Source: Rhodothermales bacterium
GTDB lineage: Bacteria > Bacteroidota > Rhodothermia > Rhodothermales > UBA10348
NCBI GenBank assembly: GCA_965247125.1
Contig: CBDFGO010000003.1
Location: forward strand, 6,058 to 70,057
Direction: 5' to 3'
Length of the DNA: 64,000 nt
A program made the translations under genes and the position numbers. The notes under the pieces were generated by a model. That model saw only the letters and a program-made list of their open reading frames with translations, did no database searches and was not told the DNA's origin. Within the stretch, counting starts at the first letter, position 1; the number at the start of each line of letters is the position of its first letter. Of the stretch, positions 26,861-36,960 are shown piece by piece.

Positions 26861-28244
26861 GAGCTATGCCCAAAAGTTGTGTATGGAAGGTTTAGGCAGC
26901 GTGTCGTTCTGATGTAATTCCGTCGGTGAATTTGATTCCTTTTTTTACAAGTTGCAATAGGTGCGGTGCATTCAGTTTCCTCCACTTCTTCTGAGCCTCT
27001 TTACATAGACGGAAGGCCATTGCAAGAGCTGTTTCTCGGCTCAGACATCCCCTCGTTTTGGCGGTCCTGAGGCGCACGGTCGCGAACGTAGATTCGATCG
27101 GATTTGTGCTCCGAAGATGGATCCAGTGTTCTGCCGGAAAGTCATAAAAAGCGAGCAGTTCTTCTCGGTCTTTCACCAGAATCTCTGCTGCTTTCGGATA
27201 CTTTTGCTGGTAGGCTTTGATGAAAAACAGAAGGGCGCTCTCTGCCTGCTTTTTTGTTTCTGCTGTATAGATCTGCGTGAGGTGACCTTTTGCCTTCTTC
27301 TGAACGGACTTGGGCAGGCGGTTGAGCACATTTGCTGTCTTGTGCACCCAACAGCGTGCGGCTCGCGTCTCGGGATAAACTTCTGCGAGAGCACTCCAGA
27401 ATCCCATGGCTCCATCGGCAACAGCCAGCTTCGGTCCTTGATCCAGCCCGCGGTGCCTCAGCTCCAGGAGCAACTCTCGCCACGACTGCTTGCTCTCGCG
27501 AAAGCCGTCCTCGAGTGCTATAAGCTCCTTCCTTCCATCGGCCGTAGCGCCGATCACGACCAGCAGACACAGTTTCTGTTTATCCATGCGTACGTTTACG
27601 TGAATACCGTCGGCCCAGAAATAGACGTAGTGCTTCTCCTTCAGGCTCCGCTTTTGCCAGTCTTCGTGCTCCCTTGTCCAAAGCGTCTTCAGGCGCGCAA
27701 TCGTCGAGGAGGTCAGCCCTGGGGCATCAGGACCAACAAGGGCCGAGAGCGCTGCCTCAAAGCCGCCCGTTGAAACTCCCTTCAGGTACAACCATGGAAT
27801 GAGAGCCTCAAGCGAGCGGCTCTTGCGGAGGTAGGCTGGTAGTATCGAACTGCGGAAACCGATTCTATCCTCACCCCGACCCGTACGGTCGCGTATGCGG
27901 GGCATCTTTACAGCGACCTCCCCGATACCAGTCAAAATCTTCCTCTCTGGCAGATATCCATTGCGAACGATGCGGTGGCGATTCTCTTCGTCGCGCAGGA
28001 ACTGGTAGCGCTGGCAGAAAGCTTCAACCTCGGCCTCAACGGCTGTGGCCAGCATCTTTGCGGCCCCTGTTCGCAATACTTCTGTCAACACATCCTCTGT
28101 GCTATTGTAGTTCTCGTTCTCGTGTGCGTTATTCGTCTTCATGGGCGGTGTATCCTCCAATCTTCGGATTGACAATGACGTAATCATCATCAGGATACGC
28201 CGCCTATACCTTTTTCACCCGTACACAACTTTCGGGGTTAACTC
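26861..28244 (-). mobile_element. IS256-family IS, copy 4.
   Basis: Identical element, same orientation as copy 3, with no target duplication. Confidence 0.9.
26892..28190 (-). CDS. IS256-family transposase.
   Basis: 432 aa. Confidence 0.9.
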   Translation of the reverse strand: MMITSLSIRRLEDTPPMKTNNAHENENYNSTEDVLTEVLRTGAAKMLATAVEAEVEAFCQRYQFLRDEENRHRIVRNGYLPERKILTGIGEVAVKMPRIRDRTGRGEDRIGFRSSILPAYLRKSRSLEALIPWLYLKGVSTGGFEAALSALVGPDAPGLTSSTIARLKTLWTREHEDWQKRSLKEKHYVYFWADGIHVNVRMDKQKLCLLVVIGATADGRKELIALEDGFRESKQSWRELLLELRHRGLDQGPKLAVADGAMGFWSALAEVYPETRAARCWVHKTANVLNRLPKSVQKKAKGHLTQIYTAETKKQAESALLFFIKAYQQKYPKAAEILVKDREELLAFYDFPAEHWIHLRSTNPIESTFATVRLRTAKTRGCLSRETALAMAFRLCKEAQKKWRKLNAPHLLQLVKKGIKFTDGITSERHAA

Positions 28245-28968
28245 GTTCGTTCCTGCTACAGTACCAGTACTGCTGACTCTTAGAGCCAACACCGAAGTTC
28301 ACAGTTCACTGGAAAAACTGTCCGATTTCAATGGCTGGCTATTCAGAAACGTCCAACGCGAAAATCCCCAGATTGCAGACGGAATCCTTCGCTCATTCGA
28401 GATTGAAACCGAACTCGGAAATCGGGAGTCCGTCTCGGCGGATCTTCTCTTGGAATACGCGCCAGGTTCGGTCTGGGGCTCGGATTTTACGTTTCGCCGC
28501 TACAGCTTTCGAGGCTCGTTCAAGCTAAAGACTTTTTACCGAAGGCGCAGTCGACCCAATTGGCTCCGCGTATCGGTTTTGGCCGGCAGGAGCAGCGGTG
28601 ACTTACCGGTTCAAAGGCAGTTTTCAATTACTGGATCGGCGGGCCCGTTCTCTGAATTTACGGGCTTCCGGTCGCTCGGAAAGACGCCTTTCTTGGCCGA
28701 TAAGGTTCTGGGAATATTCTGGACGCACGATTTTACCACGGCACTATTCGAAAAATTCGGGCTTTGGAGACTGGCCGACGGGGGCATGGGGATTCAACTA
28801 TTTGGAGGTCACGGATTTTCTTCCTCCGTCAACTTCGGCGAGTTCAGTAAAAATCATCACGAGTTCGGAGTTGGGCTGTCCTACCCGTTCGGTCTTCCAG
28901 TCAGGCTCGACTTCGCCACAACGAGCAGTGGGGGATTTTTCTTTCGATTAGGAAAATCGCTTCGTTGA
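28245..28968 (+). pseudogene. C-terminal beta-barrel fragment of an Omp85/BamA-family outer-membrane protein, N-terminally truncated by IS256 copy 4.
   Basis: ...GRSSGDLPVQRQFSITGSAGPFSEFTGFRSLG...FFFRLGKSLR is a typical Omp85 barrel C-terminus. The first ~35 residues of the listed ORF are IS-encoded. Confidence 0.5.
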
Positions 28969-29099
28969 CGCACCGTGGTCAAGGATCGAGGTCCTGCGAA
29001 AAGGGCCTTCTGAGCTAATTTGCAGGTATGACAAAAAGGTGTCATACCCTGTCTCTATCATGGAATCAAGCGAGACAATAATTCTTCGATTACGACACC

Positions 29100-29717
29100 A
29101 TGATTCAAGTAACCGCATACCCGACCCTCGAATGGCTCCGCACAAGAGCCCACGATCGCGGGCCCGTATTTCCTCGAGACCACTCAGTTCCGAGTGACAG
29201 GATGTCTACGAATTTTATCAATCAGCTAGCATCTCGATTTCGACAGGTACTCGTTAGTGAGACTCGAATCGATGTCGGTGTATGGATTTCCACTCCCAAT
29301 GGTGAGAAGGAGGTGGGACTCGTAATTCAGCACCGCGACAGAAGCATCGCGATCTGCGACTCGAGGCATTACGGCCAGAATCCACAATGTTCAGATGCAG
29401 TCGCGCTGGTCTACGGAGGCTTTGAGGCGCTCTATAGATTCGGGGGCAATCCGACAGAGGAAGTTCTCGACGATATAGTCTATATGGTGATGTGCGACCG
29501 AGCCGGCTGGTTCACCAATTTTGGTCGGTTGTCGGTTGGCCGAAAAGTATCGGATGAAACGCTGCTCGAGACCTGCACGCGGCAAGATCGTTCCAACTTT
29601 CTTATCGATACGGATGAAGTCTGTCTGACAAGAATGCGCCTGTGCGTTGCTTCAGACTGGGTAGACCCGTTTGAACGCGCTCTGGACGCGGGCCGCCGCT
29701 TTGCGAAGCGCGCCTAA
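29100..29717 (+). CDS. Hypothetical protein (205 aa).
   Basis: ORF only; no recognisable motif. Confidence 0.3.
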   Translation: MIQVTAYPTLEWLRTRAHDRGPVFPRDHSVPSDRMSTNFINQLASRFRQVLVSETRIDVGVWISTPNGEKEVGLVIQHRDRSIAICDSRHYGQNPQCSDAVALVYGGFEALYRFGGNPTEEVLDDIVYMVMCDRAGWFTNFGRLSVGRKVSDETLLETCTRQDRSNFLIDTDEVCLTRMRLCVASDWVDPFERALDAGRRFAKRA

Positions 29718-31179
29718 CGGTCCACGAGATTCGTGGAGGCTTTGCGTCCTGTCCAGGCAAGGTCACTATATCTCTCCATCATCTGCACATTAACCGTGCC
29801 CAGGTCCACTTTTTGAGAGGACACGCCGAGGTTCAAGTAATATTGAATGACCACTCTTGCTCGCTGTTCAGCAAGATTGGAGGCGTTGCGTTCTGTGTCG
29901 AATGCAAACCCATTAACCTCCATAATCCGATCGGTACACGGCATGGTGGTGGAAAAATTATCCCGAAGAAGCTGTCTCATTTCCAGCGTCAGGTCGGACG
30001 AATGCGGTGTAAAAAAGACCTGCTTGAGGGTCGGAATTTCGTCGCACGCATTTTCCGTAATGACGATCGAACGAGCAGAAGTGTCGAAGTATCTTGCATT
30101 TGAGGCAGTTAAAGATGCCTCATAAGCCCCGGCCTGTTCATAGATATGGCTGGTATCGCAGTCTGAAGCCGTCGATCCGTCTCCGAATTCCCATTCGCAG
30201 GAGACTTCGCCACCGCGCACGAGGGGACTGAACGATATGACATCACCCACCCTCGCCGACTGGGGAACGGCAGATATCGATACGATCAACACCTCCTCGA
30301 CCGTCATTGCGACTTCGACACTGGTTTCGATGGTCACGCTCTGTCGGTTTCTGGTGGCCTCGGCCCGAACGAGATAGTGGCCCTCCTCGACGAACGTGTG
30401 CTTGACTGCGTATCCACTCGAGGTCGAGCCATCGCCAAAATCCCATCTGACAGAATAATCTACGGGATCCAGATCGGTCGTAAGCGTAAAGACCCCCTCT
30501 TCTCCCGTGTTCAGTGAGCCGGGAGCCGACATCTTTACCCTACCCAGGCGGGCTGTTTTTTTCCTGAAATGATATCGGATTCCCGTGCTGAATGAAGTCA
30601 ACGCGTCTGGTGAATTGCCCGAGCCCGCGGCATCCAGGGCCGTGTTGGGAAAGACCAGGTGTTGTTGGATCTGAGAAAAAAGAACGATGGGACCAAGAGG
30701 CCGGGCGAGTCCAATTCCCAGCACAGGTCCAAAGCCTGTCTTTCCTTCTCCGTTCACGGATCCCGATGTGATGCCAATTCCCGCGGACAATGACGGTTCA
30801 TACTTTCCGAAGGGGAGGAGGCGGTACCGAGCTTCCACGACGATGGAAGTCCTGCTGTCGTCAGATACCCGCGGATCAAGGTGGTAAGATTACTGCTGTT
30901 GGAGGTGATTCCGGGATAGACTCCTCTCGAGAATTGTCCGACCACATCGAATGATTCGCTCCAGCGGTAGCCGAGGCTGAGTTCTGTGCCCGGTCCCATG
31001 CTTTCAATAAGCCATTCCAGTCCACTCACGTTCTGAAGGCCTCTATCGCCCGTGTACAGAGCTGTTCTGATGCGGGCTTCAATAAAAAATCGCTCGGAGA
31101 GAAGCTGCGAAAATGCTTCATTCGGACTGCCTGCGTTCAGCGCGAAGACGGCTAGGAGAATGGCTATTGAACGGCGCAT
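29714..31179 (-). pseudogene. Outer-membrane protein with an N-terminal beta-barrel/signal peptide, two PKD domains and a C-terminal OmpA-like peptidoglycan-binding domain. There is a frameshift near 30840.
   Basis: Two overlapping frames: 30754-31179 (signal peptide MRRSIAILLAVFALNA) and 29714-30838. PKD repeats WDFGDGSTSSGYAVKHTF and WEFGDGSTASD. OmpA-C region ...NGFAFDTERNASNLAEQRARVVIQYYLNLGV. Confidence 0.6.
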
Positions 31180-31358
31180 GAAACGACAAGGATGAGTTGC
31201 ACCAAAATCGGGAAAGCGAGCCCCTTAACAAAGTTGATTGGGAATAAAATTCGCTATCCCGGAGACGGGCAGGCCTGTTTCGACGAAGGGCGGCGATCCC
31301 GATTGTTCCCAATCGGGATCGCCACTCCTAGCGTCAATAAACCAGAGCGATTTTGCGA

Positions 31359-32642
31359 CTAGTCGTCGGCGCCAGGAGTAGCTTCCTCAGCGCTTGCGGT
31401 TGTTGTCTTGTTGCTGCGTGGTTCGGAAGCCCGGCTTAGCATCCCGGCGATGTCCACGCCCGTTGAAGCCTTCAGGCTTTCAAGCAGTGCCGGAGTGGCG
31501 CCCGCAATCTGACTGAAGACCGCGGGTACACCGCTTCCAGATCCACCCTGACCGCTGTCCACAACGGTCAGCTTGTCGATTTTCAGGTTGTCAACCGTCT
31601 GGACAACATCCTTCAGGATCTCGGGGAGCATCTGAATCAGGAACAACCGTTCGGCATCGTTTCCGGCAGCCTGCCAGAGCTCAAGTTTCTGAGCCAGCAC
31701 GTTAACCTCGGCCTTTCCGTCTTCCAGAATACGCGCAGCGTTCCCGATGGCGACTTCCTCTTTGGCCCTCCTTTCGGCCTCCGCGGCGACGATCACATCA
31801 GCGCGCTGCCTCTTTTCGGCCAGCAAAATTTCCTGCTCAGCGAGCTCCTGCTCGGCAACCGCCTCTGCGACCCTGGCAGCTACCTCGATTTTGGCTTCTT
31901 CGGCCGAAGCCTCGGCTGCCAATTGAGCCTTCAGAATCCGCACGCCGTTTTCTGCCCTGGTTATTTCCATGTCGGCTTTTGCTTCGGCCAGCTTGGATTG
32001 CTCTCTCTTTTCGGCCTCGACTACCTGTGCGGTAGCGATGATCTGTGCCGTACTCTGTCTTCCGATGGCGTCCAGATAGCCTCGATCATCCTCGACACTC
32101 TGGATCTTCAATGTATCGAGTTGCAGTCCCAGCACAGACAAATCATTGTCAGCCTCGTCGAGCAATTCCTTCGCAAATTTGAGTCGATCCTCGTTTACTT
32201 CTTCCGGAGTCAAGGAGGCGACCACGCCGCGAAGATTTCCTTCGAGGGTCTCCTTCGCGATCGTCTGTATTTCCTCGAGATCTTTTCCGAGCAGACGTTC
32301 GACCGCGTTGTTCAACTCATGCTCACCCGAGGATATTTTTACGTTGGCTATGGCGCGGACCATCAGCGGTATTCCTCCTTTTGAGTAGGCGTTCGACACT
32401 GTAAGGTCAATCGGAATGGTGTTTAACGTGAGGCGGTCTACTTCTTCGATGATCGGGATGCGAAATCCTCGACCTCCCTGGATGACGCGGTAACCGACCC
32501 TCGATCCATCACTGAGCGCCCTCGATCGACCTGAGAAAATGAGCACTTCATTCGGTTGACAAATCTTCAGATTGGCCCGAATAATGCCAAGCACGGCCAG
32601 AAAGCCAAGAATGATAATGGCGGGAATGACAAGTATGTCCAT
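31359..32642 (-). CDS. Flotillin-like SPFH/band-7 protein (YqiK/FloA-like).
   Basis: N-terminal TM segment, SPFH domain, and a long EA-rich coiled coil. Confidence 0.8.
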   Translation of the reverse strand: MDILVIPAIIILGFLAVLGIIRANLKICQPNEVLIFSGRSRALSDGSRVGYRVIQGGRGFRIPIIEEVDRLTLNTIPIDLTVSNAYSKGGIPLMVRAIANVKISSGEHELNNAVERLLGKDLEEIQTIAKETLEGNLRGVVASLTPEEVNEDRLKFAKELLDEADNDLSVLGLQLDTLKIQSVEDDRGYLDAIGRQSTAQIIATAQVVEAEKREQSKLAEAKADMEITRAENGVRILKAQLAAEASAEEAKIEVAARVAEAVAEQELAEQEILLAEKRQRADVIVAAEAERRAKEEVAIGNAARILEDGKAEVNVLAQKLELWQAAGNDAERLFLIQMLPEILKDVVQTVDNLKIDKLTVVDSGQGGSGSGVPAVFSQIAGATPALLESLKASTGVDIAGMLSRASEPRSNKTTTASAEEATPGADD

Positions 32643-32750
32643 GGTGCTTCTCCATTTTGACGAATAGTGTCTCGAATACTTCTTCGTGCTCGGTTAACGG
32701 TGTTAATAAAAATTGGATAATGTTGATCTGTTGATGATTTCAGGTGAGCG

Positions 32751-33347
32751 TCAGTCGGGTTTGACTACTTCAGCAATCCGACCCGTCATGCGGACCACGA
32801 CCACTTCATCGCCGTCCTGAACCTCTTCCATATCGGTCGATTCAAAAAGACGGGCGGTTATCTGGAGCCGCTTTCCCGCAGCCTGCACGAGAATCTTCCC
32901 ATTCTCGCTTCCTTTGAAGGGCAGCAAAACCCGGGCGGTTCGCCCCTGGATGTCCGCATCTGACACCTGGCTTGATACGTGTTCATACGCAAAGCGCTTG
33001 ATAATAAAGTTGCCGCCGATTCCTACGAGTAGGCCCGTGGCTGCGGAGAGGATCGCGGTGCGGGGCTCAGAAGAACCCATTAAACCAAGGATCACTCCGG
33101 TCAGGCCGAAAAATGCTGCGAACAGGAAGAGTGCTCGAATGCTCAGCAGATCCACAACCCCGAGTCCTGAACCCGCATCGACCGAAAAATCGCTGTCGAA
33201 GTCGTGGTCTGCATCAAAATCGAAATCGTGATCGAAATCCGCATCCACGTCCACGTCCACGTCAGAATCGGTTTCGCCAGCGCCGAATACCGACAGAAGG
33301 ACGAAAAAACCGCCGACGATTAAACTGATGAGGTAAACTGAATCCAT
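32751..33347 (-). CDS. NfeD-like membrane protein (YqiJ-like partner of flotillin).
   Basis: TM segments, an acidic D-rich linker and a C-terminal OB-fold-like region. It sits upstream in the same orientation as the SPFH gene. Confidence 0.7.
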   Translation of the reverse strand: MDSVYLISLIVGGFFVLLSVFGAGETDSDVDVDVDADFDHDFDFDADHDFDSDFSVDAGSGLGVVDLLSIRALFLFAAFFGLTGVILGLMGSSEPRTAILSAATGLLVGIGGNFIIKRFAYEHVSSQVSDADIQGRTARVLLPFKGSENGKILVQAAGKRLQITARLFESTDMEEVQDGDEVVVVRMTGRIAEVVKPD

Positions 33348-33567
33348 GGTGCGAACTCCTTGAAAACTCTCCCCACTACGGGATTATGCATGATAAGTTA
33401 CCCAGATGTCACTAGCGAGTCGACATATTTAAGGATATTGTTAGTATATATATAAATAATTAAAGTATTATGTGCAAATAGTTAAGTTTATGAGGATACA
33501 AAATGAATAGTATTCAGTAGAGGTAGGTTGTATTGCCCCGGATGCTAGCGCACCAGAAGCTAGTTTT

Positions 33568-34443
33568 GTGTGCATGACCACTTCATTTCGTCTTTTGGCA
33601 TTCAGCTCCATCGTCTTCATGTTGTTCTCTACTGGTTGCTCATCCAGCGACCCCTCTGGAACAGATGAACGGCACAGCATCCTTTTCCAGGATGTCAATC
33701 GATTTGTTCATGTCCACTATCCTGATGGATATGACGAAGCCGATCCAATGCCTGTCGTACTGGCGTTTCACGGGGCAAATGGCTCCGGTCTCGGATTCCA
33801 GCAGGGAGCACGTCTGGACAGAGAAGCGGATGAGCACGGATTCATTGTAGCCTATCCCTCCGCATTCGGCAGCAACTGGGCGGAAGGCTGTAATTGTAGA
33901 CGACCGGACCTGGACGGAGTGGACGATGTTGGTTTCGCGGATCAGACCATCGAGCTGCTCGATGATCTCTATGAGATCGATCGAGCCCGGATTTATGCCG
34001 CAGGTTATTCTCAAGGTGGAATGTTTGTCCATAGATTGGCCTGCGAGCGAAGCGAAACGTACGCTGGTTTTTTCACGGTGGGATCCCTCATCTCCCTGCC
34101 ACTATCTCAAAACTGTGAACCTGATTCAGTAGTCGACATCATGATGCTGAACGGTACCGATGACGAATCGGTACCGTATCGAGGAAGATCAGACGGCTCC
34201 TATTCCCTCAAGGGCGCGCTTGAGACCTATTTTATGTGGGGGGCCAAAAACGGCTGCCCGAACTTCAGGGATCCGCAAACGATTCGCAACGGTGGTCGGA
34301 CCACCCACGTTCATCTCATTGAGTCATGCATGGGAGGATCCAGGGTGCGCCTGGACGAAATCGTAAACGGAACCCACGAATGGCCGATTGGAGATATTGA
34401 CGCACCATCACTTCTGACCGAATTCTTTCGCCTCAGCCGATGA
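33568..34443 (+). CDS. Lipoprotein esterase of the PHB-depolymerase/feruloyl-esterase family (alpha/beta hydrolase).
   Basis: Lipobox LFSTGC. Nucleophile elbow GYSQGG. HGANGSG region. Confidence 0.7.
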   Translation: MCMTTSFRLLAFSSIVFMLFSTGCSSSDPSGTDERHSILFQDVNRFVHVHYPDGYDEADPMPVVLAFHGANGSGLGFQQGARLDREADEHGFIVAYPSAFGSNWAEGCNCRRPDLDGVDDVGFADQTIELLDDLYEIDRARIYAAGYSQGGMFVHRLACERSETYAGFFTVGSLISLPLSQNCEPDSVVDIMMLNGTDDESVPYRGRSDGSYSLKGALETYFMWGAKNGCPNFRDPQTIRNGGRTTHVHLIESCMGGSRVRLDEIVNGTHEWPIGDIDAPSLLTEFFRLSR

Positions 34444-35599
34444 GCGGTAGCCAGCTTTCGGCCACCCAGAATCCGAGAAAGGTGCCCACTGCGTAGCCGA
34501 GGGATCCGATCAGGATCGAGGGAAGAACCAGATCCTCACGCCCCAGACTACGGGCGAGTGCGAGCGCGGAAGTGCCACCTCCGATGTTGGCCTGCGAGGC
34601 GATAGATGCGACCACTGGATCGATCTTGAAAAACAGAGCGGCCGAATAGACAAGCACGCCGTGAATCAGGACGGTAACGGACGTAAATATCAGAAGATTT
34701 ACGCCGAGCCCACCCAGCTCTCCCATTGCTCCGATATCGCAGTATGCCCCGATAACCGCTAGAAACAAGTAGACGGCGAACATTCCCAAGACCTTCAGTC
34801 CGGGAAGCTTCGAAAGGGTCGGTATCTGCGCGAGAATCAGGGCAATCGCGGTGAGGATCAGTGCCGATGGCACGCTCGGGACCAGCGTAGCAAGCTGTTC
34901 GGAGAGCCAAACTGCGCCAAAACCAAGTCCCAAGACCACCCCGAGATCGACGGGGTCAACCGTTTCCGTATCCTCTTTTACACCAGTTGATACGTCTCCA
35001 ATTATGGATTCGATCTCGCGACCTTTGGGTCGCGGCCATACGTGAATAATTGCCCGTGGAATCGCAAGGGTTATGATCATCCAGGTCGTGGTGATGATGT
35101 TGTCAACAACAACCGAGCCGCTGAACAGCAGGCCCTCCTCCATGACATTGTAGGTCAATGCCAGGGAATTGAAGTTGACGCTTCCTCCGGTGTAGGTGCC
35201 CACGAACATCCCGCCGATAGCATTATAGAGTGGTCCGATTGTCTCGGCGCCGTCGATTACACACATTCCCACGAAGACGCCGATTGCTGTCGCCAGAGAA
35301 CCAAAAAGGAAGAGAAAAACCATCTGTCTTCCGGCCCGGAGAACATCCCGGAGATTGACCGGCAAAAGGAGCCAGAAAATGGCGAGAGGCGCTATCGTCG
35401 AAAAAATGTAGTCGTAGGCGGGTGCTGGATTTGCAGCAGATGAACCCGTCGGTAGCAGACCCACATTGGCTACTATCGCGGTCACGAGAATAACCAGCAG
35501 CGCCGTGCCAAAGTGCTTCAGGACCGTCCGCCGGACTAGCATTTCCGTGACGAAGACGATAGCACTCAGAACGCCAATGATATACGCGGACTCTGTCAT
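34433..35599 (-). CDS. Polytopic inner-membrane protein, possibly DUF819-like.
   Basis: About 10 predicted TM helices; no catalytic motif recognised. Confidence 0.4.
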   Translation of the reverse strand: MTESAYIIGVLSAIVFVTEMLVRRTVLKHFGTALLVILVTAIVANVGLLPTGSSAANPAPAYDYIFSTIAPLAIFWLLLPVNLRDVLRAGRQMVFLFLFGSLATAIGVFVGMCVIDGAETIGPLYNAIGGMFVGTYTGGSVNFNSLALTYNVMEEGLLFSGSVVVDNIITTTWMIITLAIPRAIIHVWPRPKGREIESIIGDVSTGVKEDTETVDPVDLGVVLGLGFGAVWLSEQLATLVPSVPSALILTAIALILAQIPTLSKLPGLKVLGMFAVYLFLAVIGAYCDIGAMGELGGLGVNLLIFTSVTVLIHGVLVYSAALFFKIDPVVASIASQANIGGGTSALALARSLGREDLVLPSILIGSLGYAVGTFLGFWVAESWLPLIG

Positions 35600-35712
35600 G
35601 ATGAAGCTGGTAGGGACCTAAATGAACTCAGTACGTTGAAGCTACCCGGTCGGAATCCGGCGTCGGAGTATCGTCAATGCTCGCCTGAAGACCAAACTTT
35701 ACAGCTGCCTTA

Positions 35713-36930
35713 ATGCTCACGTTCGACGAAAAGACGAGATACAGTCGTCACCTCTTGCTACCGGAATTCGGAGAAGCGGGTCAGCGCAGGTTGAAGGAAT
35801 CCTCAGTGCTCGTCGTCGGCGCGGGAGGACTTGGTTCGGGCGCGCTGATGTACATGGCCGCTGCCGGAATCGGAAGAATCGGGATCGTGGAATTTGATAC
35901 GGTCGACGCAAGCAATCTTCACCGACAAATATTGTACGGAACAGATGATGTCGGCGCCTCCAAACTGTCGGTGGCAAGTCGAAGACTGCGCGATATCAAC
36001 CCGTTGATTGACATCGAACTTCATGAGATGCGGTTGACCTCCGAGAATGCCATGAAGCTTATTTCTGATTATGATATTGTCGCAGACGGCACGGATAATT
36101 TCGCGACGCGCTATCTGGTGAACGACGCCTGTGTGTTGACCTCCACACCCAACGTGTTCGCTTCCATTTTTAGATTTGACGGCCAACTGTCGGTCTTCGG
36201 AGCGAAGGATGGACCCTGTTACAGGTGCCTGTTTCCCCAGCCGCCACCTGCCGGATCCGTACCGTCGTGCGCGGAAGGAGGGGTTCTGGGTGTTCTACCG
36301 GGTATTCTTGGTATTCTTCAGGCCACAGAGGTCATCAAAATGCTGGTGGACCTCGGAGAATCGCTGATCGGCAAAATGCTCTTGATTGACGCCCTGACGA
36401 TGCATTTTAAGACCCTGAGAATTTCGAAGGATGTGGAATGCGCGGTTTGTGGGGAACGTCCAACGATAGATAAATTGATAGACTACGAGTCGTTCTGTGC
36501 TGGAATTGATACGAGTGATTCAGCGGATCGCTCGCAATCGTTACCAGACCCGTCCGATTCCCCGCCAAAGACTTCAACTGCGTCCAACAACTTGCTGTTT
36601 TCACCTCAGGCATCTCTCATCGACGTCCACCAGCTCAAGGAAATTCGAGAGAGTGGAGAAGACTTCCTGCTCCTCGATGTTCGGCAACCAGAAGAACTAT
36701 CGATAGCGGACATCGGCGGCGTGTCGGTGCCCATGAATGAGCTTCCGGAGCGCCTGGATGAGGTCGCGCCGGACAAGAAGCAGAAAATCGTTGTGATGTG
36801 CCGCAGTGGTGTTCGATCAGCAAACGTCGCGGCGTGGCTGGGCAAACAGGACTATGAAAATGTACAAAGCCTCGACGGCGGCATTCTTGCCTGGTCACAG
36901 CATATCGATCCGACCATCGCCGTTTACTGA
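35713..36930 (+). CDS. moeB: MoeB/ThiF-type E1 adenylyltransferase with a C-terminal rhodanese domain (MoeZ-type).
   Basis: GAGGLGS nucleotide-binding motif. CxxC pairs CYRCLFP and CAVCGE. Rhodanese region LLLDVRQPEE...VMCRSGVRS. Confidence 0.85.
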   Translation: MLTFDEKTRYSRHLLLPEFGEAGQRRLKESSVLVVGAGGLGSGALMYMAAAGIGRIGIVEFDTVDASNLHRQILYGTDDVGASKLSVASRRLRDINPLIDIELHEMRLTSENAMKLISDYDIVADGTDNFATRYLVNDACVLTSTPNVFASIFRFDGQLSVFGAKDGPCYRCLFPQPPPAGSVPSCAEGGVLGVLPGILGILQATEVIKMLVDLGESLIGKMLLIDALTMHFKTLRISKDVECAVCGERPTIDKLIDYESFCAGIDTSDSADRSQSLPDPSDSPPKTSTASNNLLFSPQASLIDVHQLKEIRESGEDFLLLDVRQPEELSIADIGGVSVPMNELPERLDEVAPDKKQKIVVMCRSGVRSANVAAWLGKQDYENVQSLDGGILAWSQHIDPTIAVY

Positions 36931-36960
36931 ACCGCCAAAATTATTACTCGTCACCGCTAC

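Noticed and set aside
28331-28951. 65-aa and 117-aa alternative-frame ORFs inside the Omp85-like fragment.
   Set aside because: Alternative frames of a region whose main frame shows Omp85 barrel C-terminal features.
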